From: an uncultured Clostridia bacterium
Lineage (GTDB): Bacteria; Acidobacteriota; Blastocatellia; Chloracidobacteriales; JADJPF01
Direction: 5' to 3'
Assembly (NCBI GenBank): GCA_964492845.1
Contig: CAZBMZ010000023.1
Location: 34,530-98,529, forward strand
Length of the DNA stretch: 64,000 nucleotides
Below, piece by piece: positions 56,738-64,000 of the stretch; within the stretch, counting starts at the first letter, position 1; each line of letters starts with the position of its first letter. The notes beneath the pieces are model-generated. The model did not search any database. It was not told the origin of the DNA and was given only the letters and a program-made list of their open reading frames with translations. The position numbers and the translations under genes are program-made.

Positions 56738-57931
56738 ATGACTAATACTAACTCATACAAAATTGTTATTGTTGGTGGTGGCACAGCAGGTATTACAGTT
56801 GCTGCTCAACTAGCTAAAAGGCTTGATAGCAAAGAAATAGCAATAATTGAGCCTTCTCGCAAACATTATTATCAACCTTTATGGACATTGGTTGGTGGTG
56901 GAGCAGCAACTAAAGAATCCACTGAAAGAGATGAAGCAGATTATATTCCCAAGGGAGCAACTTGGATTGAAGATAAAGCTATAGAATTTTATCCAGATGA
57001 AAATTATTTGCTAACTTTGTCAGGTCAACGAATTAATTATAATTTTTTGGTAGTAGCAGCAGGAATACAAATTGATTGGGATAAAATTAAAGGCTTAAAA
57101 GATAGTTTAGGCAAAAATGGTGTATGCAGTAATTATTCTTATCAGTACGTAGATAAAACTTGGGAATATATTAAAAACTTTTCTGGCAAAACAGCAATTT
57201 TTACTCAACCACCACCACCTTTTAAGTGTGGTGGCGCACCTCAGAAAATTATGTATTTAGCAGATGATTATTTCCGTAAATCTGGAGTAAGAGAAAAAAG
57301 CGAAATTATTTTTACTTCAGCAGCCGCAGGCAGCTTTCAAGTAAAAAAATATGCTAATACTTTAGATAAAGTAATGACACGTAAGAATATTATTACTAAG
57401 TTTCGTCACAACTTAATAGAAATCAAGTCGGAAACTCAAGAAGCTGTGTTTGAAAATTTAGACACAAAAGAAAAGACTATTTTGCATTATGATTTACTGC
57501 ATGTTAGCCCTCCGCAAAGTTCTCCTGATTTTATTAAACGTAGCCCGTTAGCTAATGCTGATGGGTGGGTGGATGTTGACAAAAAAACTTTGCAACATAA
57601 CCGCTACAAAAATGTTTTTAGCCTTGGAGATGCAAGCAGTTTGCCTACTTCTAAAACAGGTGCTGCAATTAGAAAACAAGCTCCAGTGCTAGTAAAAAAT
57701 CTTATTGCAGCAATTAATGGAAAGCCATTGGTAGCCAATTATGATGGCTATACTTCTTGTCCTTTGGTTACTGGTTATGGTCGTTTAGTAATGGCAGAAT
57801 TTGATTATGACCTTAAACCAACAGAAACATTTCCTATTGACCAATCAAAAGAAAGATTAAGTATGTACTTGGTAAAAAAATATTTATTACCAGAAATTTA
57901 TTGGCATGGGATGTTAAGAGGCAGATTATAA
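56738..57931 (+). CDS. sqr: Sulfide:quinone oxidoreductase (type II SQR-like FAD-dependent disulfide reductase)
   Basis: 'KIVIVGGGTAGITVAAQL', 'YYQPLWTLVGGG', 'PFKCGGAPQKIMY', 'VFSLGDAS'. Confidence 0.8.
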   Translation: MTNTNSYKIVIVGGGTAGITVAAQLAKRLDSKEIAIIEPSRKHYYQPLWTLVGGGAATKESTERDEADYIPKGATWIEDKAIEFYPDENYLLTLSGQRINYNFLVVAAGIQIDWDKIKGLKDSLGKNGVCSNYSYQYVDKTWEYIKNFSGKTAIFTQPPPPFKCGGAPQKIMYLADDYFRKSGVREKSEIIFTSAAAGSFQVKKYANTLDKVMTRKNIITKFRHNLIEIKSETQEAVFENLDTKEKTILHYDLLHVSPPQSSPDFIKRSPLANADGWVDVDKKTLQHNRYKNVFSLGDASSLPTSKTGAAIRKQAPVLVKNLIAAINGKPLVANYDGYTSCPLVTGYGRLVMAEFDYDLKPTETFPIDQSKERLSMYLVKKYLLPEIYWHGMLRGRL

Positions 57932-57958
57932 ATTTAAGGCTAAATATAAGGAGGTTTT

Positions 57959-58420
57959 ATGTTTAACCCTACTCAAAAGCATTTATCACAAGTTCAATGT
58001 GTTCATTGTGGAGCTAAAAACAAGATAGACACCTCTAAGTTAGCTCAACATTTACGCCCGATTTGTGGTAAATGCCAACAAGCTTTATCAACTGCCACTG
58101 CTCAAGTAGTAAAAGTTACAGACGCTAATTTTGTTGACACAATTGGAAAATCTCATTTACCTGTTTTGCTAGATTTATGGGCGGCATGGTGTGGCCCCTG
58201 CCGAATGTTAAGCCCTGTAATTGACCAACTAGCTCAAGAATTAGTTGGAAAAGTAAAAGTAGCCAAACTTAACGTTGATGAAAACCCTCTTACAGCAGCT
58301 AAATTTAATGCTCGTAGTATTCCTACTTTATTGATACTGAAAAATGGACAAGAAATAGCTCGAATTGTTGGCACACAACCAAAACAAGAAATACTCCGCC
58401 AATTAAACAGGGTTTTATAA
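57959..58420 (+). CDS. trxC: Thioredoxin with an N-terminal zinc-finger extension (Trx2/TrxC-like)
   Basis: 'CVHCGAKN...CGKCQQ' zinc finger followed by '[15 protein letters not shown]'. Confidence 0.8.
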   Translation: MFNPTQKHLSQVQCVHCGAKNKIDTSKLAQHLRPICGKCQQALSTATAQVVKVTDANFVDTIGKSHLPVLLDLWAAWCGPCRMLSPVIDQLAQELVGKVKVAKLNVDENPLTAAKFNARSIPTLLILKNGQEIARIVGTQPKQEILRQLNRVL

Positions 58421-58503
58421 TAGCTACACAAGATTACTAGTAACATCCGCTTGTGCTAACATTGCTAATTGCTTTAGTGAGAAATTAGGAGAATTTACTG
58501 CTT

Positions 58504-59829
58504 ATGGATGACTCACTACTACTTCATAGATTACATTTTGCTTTTACTATTACTTTTCACTATCTTTTCCCTCAATTAACAATGGGGCTTGCACTATTAA
58601 TCGTTATTTTTAAGTCTTTAGCTATTTGGAAAAAAGAAGATATCTATAACAATGCTGCAAGGTTTTGGGCCAAGATTTTTGCTATTAATTTTGCAATGGG
58701 AGTTGTAACTGGTATTCCTATGGAATTTCAGTTTGGAACTAATTGGGCAAGATTTTCTAAAGCTACAGGTGGTGTCATTGGTCAAACATTAGCAATGGAA
58801 GGACTTTTTGCTTTTTTCCTGGAATCTTCCTTTTTAGGGTTATTTCTTTATGGAGAAAACCGTCTTAAACCTATCATCCATTGGCTAACAGCAGTTTTAG
58901 TCTTTCTAGGGTCTTGGCTTTCAGCTTATTTTATTATTGTCACTGATGCTTGGATGCAACATCCTGTTGGGTATACTAGGCTTGCAGATGGCTCTTTTCA
59001 ACTAACAAGTATTTCTGCATTTTTGCTAAATCCTTGGGCTATGTGGCAATATGCCCACAATATGAGTGGGGCTGTAATTACAGGGGCTTTTGTTGTTACT
59101 AGCTTAGGTGCATTTTATCTACTTAGCAATAAACACCTAGAACAAGCTAAATTATTTATAAAACTAGGTGTTATAGTTGGAGCAATTTTTACTGCTTTAC
59201 AAATATTTCCTACCGGTGATCAACAAGGCAAAATGGTAGCACTTCATCAACCTGCGACTTTAGCAGCAATGGAAGCCCTTTTTACCACTGAAGACGGTGC
59301 GCCATTAATTATTATTGGACAACCCAATGTAGCAGAACAAAAACTAGATAATCCTATTGCCGTTCCTAAAATGCTAAGTTTTCTTACCTATGAGCGTTGG
59401 AATGCTCAAGTTAAAGGATTAAATGAGTTTCCTAAAGAAGATTGGCCTGATAATATTCCCCTACTCTATTATAGCTATCATATAATGGTTGGTTTAGGGA
59501 CAATGTTTATTGCCATAATGTCACTATCAGCATTTTTACTTTGGCGAGGTAAATTATTTGAATCTCGTTGGATGCTATGGATTTTAATGCTTAGTTTTCC
59601 TTTTCCTTATATTGCTAATACAGCAGGCTGGCTAACAGCAGAACTTGGTAGACAACCTTGGCTAGTTTATGGGCTACTTCGCACTTCAGAAGGATATTCT
59701 GCAAATGTTTCTTCTGGTAATACTCTTTTTACTTTAATAGGGTTTATGGGACTTTACTTAGTTTTAGGCATATTATTTTTGTTTTTTGTTTGGCATGAAG
59801 TCGAAAAAGGCCCAGTAGAAGAGGCTTAA
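58504..59829 (+). CDS. cydA: Cytochrome bd ubiquinol oxidase subunit I
   Basis: 'LHRLHFAFTITFHYLFPQLTMGLALL', 'GRQPWLVYGLLRT'. Confidence 0.9.
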   Translation: MDDSLLLHRLHFAFTITFHYLFPQLTMGLALLIVIFKSLAIWKKEDIYNNAARFWAKIFAINFAMGVVTGIPMEFQFGTNWARFSKATGGVIGQTLAMEGLFAFFLESSFLGLFLYGENRLKPIIHWLTAVLVFLGSWLSAYFIIVTDAWMQHPVGYTRLADGSFQLTSISAFLLNPWAMWQYAHNMSGAVITGAFVVTSLGAFYLLSNKHLEQAKLFIKLGVIVGAIFTALQIFPTGDQQGKMVALHQPATLAAMEALFTTEDGAPLIIIGQPNVAEQKLDNPIAVPKMLSFLTYERWNAQVKGLNEFPKEDWPDNIPLLYYSYHIMVGLGTMFIAIMSLSAFLLWRGKLFESRWMLWILMLSFPFPYIANTAGWLTAELGRQPWLVYGLLRTSEGYSANVSSGNTLFTLIGFMGLYLVLGILFLFFVWHEVEKGPVEEA

Positions 59830-59845
59830 AAAGGAAGGTAAGCTA

Positions 59846-60889
59846 ATGGAAACCGTCTGGTATATTATTCTAGCACTTATGCTTACAGCCTATGTAATCT
59901 TTGATGGCTTTGATTTTGGCGCAGGAATAATTCATTTTTTAGTAGCTAAAAATAATGAGGAAAGAAGCCTTATTCTTAAATCTATTGGCCCGGTTTGGGA
60001 TGGAAACGAAGTTTGGCTACTAGCATCAGGTGGAGCATTATACTTAGCTTTTCCTCCACTTTATGCTGTTAGTTTTAGTGGTTTCTACTTACCATTAATG
60101 ATGGTTGTTTGGCTATTAATTTTTAGAGCCTGTGGAATTGAGTTTCGCACACATCTTAACAATAGCTTATGGCAACAATTTTTTGATGTTGTCTTTTCTA
60201 TTTCCAGTCTGCTTATCACCATATTTTTAGGTGCTGCTTTAGGAAATGTAATTCGTGGTGTCCCAATAGATAAAAGCGGTTATTTCTTTGCTCCTCTTTG
60301 GACAAATTTTCTTACAGGCAATAACCCAGGTGTTATAGATTGGTATACTTTGCTAATTGGCATATTAGCATTAGTAGTCTTAACAACTCATGGTTCCTTG
60401 TATGTTGTACTTAAAACAGCAGGTGACATAAATTTACGGACTAGAAAACTAATTAAAGTTATTTGGCCCATACAAATAATTTTATCTATTATTTCTTTAG
60501 TATTAACTCTATATATTCGCCCAGAAATTCTTAATAACTATAAAACTTATATTTGGGGCTGGATTTTTCCATTGGTAGTAATTAGTAGTTTGATAGGAAT
60601 AATTTTTTATTTAAGCAAAGACAAAGAATTTTTAGCTTTTCTTTCTTCATGTGCTTATATTATAGGTATGTTGGGCGGAGCAGCCTTTGGACTTTATCCA
60701 AATCTACTACCAGCAATTGACCCTACAGCAAGTTTAACCGTTTATAACAGTGCATCTAGTGCTTATAGCTTAAAGGTTGGTTTTGCTTGGTGGATAGTGG
60801 GATTTTTACTTGTAACCAGTTATTTCACTTATCTTTACAGACATTTTGCAGGAAAAGTAACCTTAGATAATGCAAGTAACACTCATTAA
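59846..60889 (+). CDS. cydB: Cytochrome bd ubiquinol oxidase subunit II
   Basis: 'VWYIILALMLTAYVIFDGFDFGAGI', 'PVWDGNEVWL'. Follows cydA by 16 nt. Confidence 0.9.
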   Translation: METVWYIILALMLTAYVIFDGFDFGAGIIHFLVAKNNEERSLILKSIGPVWDGNEVWLLASGGALYLAFPPLYAVSFSGFYLPLMMVVWLLIFRACGIEFRTHLNNSLWQQFFDVVFSISSLLITIFLGAALGNVIRGVPIDKSGYFFAPLWTNFLTGNNPGVIDWYTLLIGILALVVLTTHGSLYVVLKTAGDINLRTRKLIKVIWPIQIILSIISLVLTLYIRPEILNNYKTYIWGWIFPLVVISSLIGIIFYLSKDKEFLAFLSSCAYIIGMLGGAAFGLYPNLLPAIDPTASLTVYNSASSAYSLKVGFAWWIVGFLLVTSYFTYLYRHFAGKVTLDNASNTH

Positions 60890-60902
60890 ACTTTAACGAA
60901 AA

Positions 60903-60941
60903 TTAACTAAGTATAATATTACAGCTATTATACTTAGTTAA
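60903..60941. terminator. Bidirectional terminator: perfect 15-bp stem between the convergent cydB and the menaquinone gene
   Basis: TTAACTAAGTATAAT (60903-60917) pairs with ATTATACTTAGTTAA (60927-60941). The loop is 9 nt. Confidence 0.7.
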
Positions 60942-60953
60942 AGTGTAAAAAAT

Positions 60954-61781
60954 CTACTCTACAAACTCTATGCTTATTTGATTAGGGATGACTCCAGCCT
61001 TGTAACCTTCTGTTAATAAAAGCTCTACAGCTTTACGTCCGGCCTCGCCATAGTCTAAAGTTAGCTCATTGACATACATTCCAACAAATTTATCTGCTAG
61101 ACTAGCGTCTAAATCACGGGCAAATTGTAGGGCATAATCTAAGGCTTCTTTACGATGGTCTAAAGAATATTGAATGCTAGCTTTTAATAAATCGCTTACT
61201 CTTTTGCGAAGTCCTGGCTCTAAATCCCGGCGGATAACATTTCCGCCTAATGGAAGCGGCAAGCCTGTACGCTCAAACCACCATTCCCCTAAATCTACAA
61301 TTTTATGTAGCCCTGAACGCTCATAAGTAAGTTGTCCTTCATGAATAATTAGCCCTGCTTCAAATTTACCTGAAGAAACTTGTTCAATAATTTGGTCAAA
61401 TGGGACTACTTCATATTCAAATTCAGGTGTATATAACTTTAGAGCTAAATAAGCTGTGGTCATTGTGCCGGGAATAGCTATTTTTTGATTTTTTAGCTCT
61501 TCTTTAGTGAACGGCTTACGAGCTATTACCATAGGCCCATAATTATCACCCATGCTTGCTCCTGAAGGTAGCAATGCGTATTTATCAGCTAAATAAGCAT
61601 AGGCATGAAAAGAAATCGCTGTAACGTCATATTCAAGATTAAATGCAGCGCGGTTTAAGCTCTCAATATCTCTTAAAACATGACTAAATTTTAACTCGCC
61701 TGTGTCGATTTTATCGTTTGCCAAGGCATAAAACATAAATGCGTCGTCAGAATCAGGACTGTGTGCAACTTTTATTTCCAT
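60954..61781 (-). CDS. Menaquinone (futalosine pathway) biosynthesis protein of the MqnA/MqnD family, closer to the MqnD pattern
   Basis: N-terminal '[16 protein letters not shown]' resembles the MqnD 'SPCPNDTFIF' signature. It has a periplasmic-binding-protein-like fold length and lies next to a futalosine-type radical SAM gene. Confidence 0.65.
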   Translation of the reverse strand: MEIKVAHSPDSDDAFMFYALANDKIDTGELKFSHVLRDIESLNRAAFNLEYDVTAISFHAYAYLADKYALLPSGASMGDNYGPMVIARKPFTKEELKNQKIAIPGTMTTAYLALKLYTPEFEYEVVPFDQIIEQVSSGKFEAGLIIHEGQLTYERSGLHKIVDLGEWWFERTGLPLPLGGNVIRRDLEPGLRKRVSDLLKASIQYSLDHRKEALDYALQFARDLDASLADKFVGMYVNELTLDYGEAGRKAVELLLTEGYKAGVIPNQISIEFVE

Positions 61782-61802
61782 TATTTTTTTATTCCACCTT
61801 AA

Positions 61803-62906
61803 TTAAACTACCATTTCTAACATAGGCTCTATAGGATTATAAAGCGTATCGCGCTCTACAGCTTGAAAACCAGCTTCTTGGATTAAATGAACAATTTCAT
61901 TTCGAGAGGCTTCACGCTCAGAAACTTGCCCAGCAGCAAAAGTTATCCTCTCTTCCATAACTGTTCCATCCATATCATTAGCTCCAAAATGCAGCGCAAC
62001 CTGAGCTAAATGCTTACCTAACATTACCCAATAAGCTTTAATATGGTCAAAATTATCTAGCAGTAATCTTGAGACAGCAATTGTCTTTAAGCTATCAACT
62101 CCTGATGGGCCAGGCAAATGAGAAAGCTCTGTATCTTTAGGATGAAAGGCTAGTGGGATAAGACATTGAAACCCTTTTGTTTCATCTTGTAATTCTCGCA
62201 GTTTGAGCAAATGATCTACACGATGATGATAATTTTCAATATGTCCATAAAGCATTGTTGCATTAGAACGTATTCCCGCCTGATGAACCTTTCTTGACAT
62301 ATCTATCCAGCGTTTAGCAGAGGTTTTATGCTTACAAATTTTCTTTCGCACTTCTTCATTAAAAATCTCTGCTCCGCCTCCAGGACAGGAATCTAAACCC
62401 GCTTCCCGTAGTCGTCTGATGATTTCCTCGTCTGTTGTATGAGTTATTCGCTTAAAATGGTCAAGTTCAACCATAGTAAAAGCTTTTAAGTGTAAGTTTG
62501 GATAAGCTTTTTTGATAGAAGAAAGAACGTCCAAATAATAGTCAAACTTTAATTTAGGATGTAGTCCGCCAACAATATGAACTTCTGTCGCGCCTGCCTT
62601 GTAAGCCTGTCCCGCCATTTCAACACATTGTTCTACCGTAAAAGTATATGCACCTTCCTGGCCGGGTTTTCGGTAATAAGCACAAAAGGCACAATCCCAA
62701 TAACAAACATTTGTTGGGTTTAAGTGGCGATTCATATTGTAGTAAGTAGCATTGCCGTGTCGTCTTCGTCGGACTGTGTTAGCTAGTCGCCCCAAGGTAG
62801 GCAAATCATCTGTTTCAAAAAGCCTTACTCCATCCTCAAAGCTAAGTCTCTCACTTGCTAACACTTTTTCTTCAATGTCTATCAAATTATTTTTATCTCT
62901 ATCCAT
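61803..62906 (-). CDS. Radical SAM enzyme of the MqnC/MqnE (CofH-like) family
   Basis: '[17 protein letters not shown]' (CxxxCxxC), '[10 protein letters not shown]', 'ATMLYGHIE'. I cannot separate MqnC from MqnE by eye. Confidence 0.75.
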   Translation of the reverse strand: MDRDKNNLIDIEEKVLASERLSFEDGVRLFETDDLPTLGRLANTVRRRRHGNATYYNMNRHLNPTNVCYWDCAFCAYYRKPGQEGAYTFTVEQCVEMAGQAYKAGATEVHIVGGLHPKLKFDYYLDVLSSIKKAYPNLHLKAFTMVELDHFKRITHTTDEEIIRRLREAGLDSCPGGGAEIFNEEVRKKICKHKTSAKRWIDMSRKVHQAGIRSNATMLYGHIENYHHRVDHLLKLRELQDETKGFQCLIPLAFHPKDTELSHLPGPSGVDSLKTIAVSRLLLDNFDHIKAYWVMLGKHLAQVALHFGANDMDGTVMEERITFAAGQVSEREASRNEIVHLIQEAGFQAVERDTLYNPIEPMLEMVV

Positions 62907-63130
62907 AAATAAATTGTTCCTAAAGTCTTAATTTGCGGGTGTTTCTATTTTATGAGTGCTAAGTGATAAGTACAAGCCAGCCTAGCTAATGCCTAGATTT
63001 TCATTATTAAAACTATTATAACCATAGAATCTAAGGTATAAACTATCTTTAACAGCAAAAAATATTGTTATTTTAATTATATTCGGAATTTTATCTTGCA
63101 TAATATAATTTTGGCTTTATAATCTGCGGT

Positions 63131-63595
63131 ATGGACAAACTTGATGCACAAATAATTCGCTTGTTAATAGCAGATAGTCATATCACCAATAGCAAATTGG
63201 CTAAAAAAATAGGGTTGTCTGAATCTGCAACTTTAGAGCGTGTTAAACGCCTAGAGGCAATGCAAGTTATTCGTAGATATACAGTTGAAATAGATCTGGA
63301 AAAAATTGGACGCTCTTTAGAAGTATTTATGACTTTTACTCTAAAAAACCAAGATGTTTCAGAATTAGAAAACTTTATGAGTGCAATGCAAAACTTAGAT
63401 GAAGTTTTAAGTTGCGCTCAAGTGCTAGGGCGTTTTGATTTTATCGCTCATATAGCCGTTAGAGATGTAAAAGATTTGCAAAGCTTTATTAATGACAAAT
63501 TAATCCCTTTAGGCTGCATTGCCCGAATGGAATCGCTGACAGTTTTGAAAACCATAAAACGTATTCACCAACCAAACCCATTTGTAGAGGAATAA
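63131..63595 (+). CDS. lrp: Lrp/AsnC-family transcriptional regulator
   Basis: 'LDAQIIRLLIADSHITNSKLAKKIGLSESATLERVKRLE' HTH followed by an RAM/ACT-like C-terminal domain. Confidence 0.8.
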   Translation: MDKLDAQIIRLLIADSHITNSKLAKKIGLSESATLERVKRLEAMQVIRRYTVEIDLEKIGRSLEVFMTFTLKNQDVSELENFMSAMQNLDEVLSCAQVLGRFDFIAHIAVRDVKDLQSFINDKLIPLGCIARMESLTVLKTIKRIHQPNPFVEE

Positions 63596-63599
63596 GAAA

Positions 63600-64000
63600 A
63601 TGTTCGAGCAACAAACCATAACAAATAATTTAGTAAATCCACTAATTAATGATTTTGCACAAATAATTAATTCAAAAGCTAATAAAGGCGAGTTAGCCAA
63701 AGAAAAAGCTAACGACTTTTTAGAATTTTTGTCAGAAGTTGAACAAAATTTCCTTCAACACTCAATAGTTACAAAAAATGATTATACAAATTGGTTTGAA
63801 AAAGGTGAGGTTTCTCTAGAAGAATTACGTTATTTTACTATACAATTTTCTGTCTTCTCCAATCAGTTTTTAATTGCTCAATTAAAGAAAATGATTAATG
63901 CTGATTCTTTAGCAGCAATGAGATCTGCAAAAGAAATTCTGGCTAATGAAATTGGGGTAGTATTTCGTAGCCAATCCCCTAAGAAACAAACAACACTGAA
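63600..64000 (+). CDS. Heme-oxygenase-like / iron-containing redox enzyme family protein (PqqC/CADD-like), 3'-partial
   Basis: The ATG at 63600 opens a frame with no stop to the window end, translated by hand. 'LRYFTIQFSVFSNQFLIAQLKKMI...AKEILANEIG' resembles the helical heme-oxygenase-like fold. Not in the ORF track because it has no stop. Confidence 0.45.
   Translation, partial: MFEQQTITNNLVNPLINDFAQIINSKANKGELAKEKANDFLEFLSEVEQNFLQHSIVTKNDYTNWFEKGEVSLEELRYFTIQFSVFSNQFLIAQLKKMINADSLAAMRSAKEILANEIGVVFRSQSPKKQTTL

Noticed and set aside
58421-58503. Weak hairpin (CACAAG...CTTGTG) between trxC and cydA, considered as a terminator separating the two units
   Set aside because: The stem is only 6 bp with a long loop and no U-run. 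That is insufficient to call a terminator, so I left the question of co-transcription open in the findings.
1-64000. CRISPR arrays, tRNA, rRNA and other housekeeping RNA genes
   Set aside because: I saw no regularly spaced direct repeats with unique spacers. Every intergenic region over 150 bp was read by eye and none shows tRNA-like cloverleaf arms or G+C-rich structured blocks, apart from the TnpB right end. A tRNAscan or Infernal run would be the decisive check.

Overview
This is an AT-rich chromosomal segment from a diderm bacterium. I cannot place the phylum from sequence alone. The mix of FG-GAP, NHL and SBBP surface proteins, Ser/Thr kinases, MglA, a CarboxypepD_reg-type TonB receptor and futalosine genes suggests Acidobacteriota, Myxococcota or Bdellovibrionota-like lineages. 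I support about 55 protein genes and saw no rRNA, tRNA or CRISPR array. Gene order: hemF (5' partial); a giant secreted FG-GAP/NHL protein; a NorD/CbbO-like vWA protein; a TonB-dependent receptor; mglA plus a Ser/Thr kinase; a tightly packed six-gene plus-strand operon (secreted coiled-coil protein, pilin-like protein, PLD/HKD phosphodiesterase, SNase, MBL+OB hydrolase, membrane-anchored unknown); a Wzx-like flippase; a DUF3667-like protein; an alkaline-phosphatase-superfamily enzyme; an SBBP beta-propeller protein; a solo TnpB element of IS200/IS605 type with a left-end hairpin and a predicted omega-RNA region; a small enzyme cassette; a macro-domain protein and RNase HI; a Thr/Ser dehydratase and asparaginase II; a transmembrane Ser/Thr kinase with four extracellular repeats; an NHL protein; a 3D-domain protein; an MreB-like protein; a Reg_prop/Y_Y_Y-GAF histidine kinase. 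Next comes an unusual yceD-rpmF-fabH-(two unknowns)-fabD-acpP-fabF-etfB-etfA operon. It is followed by an ArsR-regulated sulfide-oxidation cluster (rhodanese, TauE, PDO-rhodanese, SQR, Trx2) running straight into cydAB. The window ends with a futalosine-pathway gene pair, lrp, and a 3'-partial heme-oxygenase-like gene. The best candidates for something new are the secreted-nuclease/pilin operon, the solo TnpB with a non-canonical RuvC-II motif, the sulfide/cyd operon with a 12-mer shared by both promoter regions, and the remodelled fab operon. All calls come from reading the sequence and the ORF translations. No searches or computations were run.
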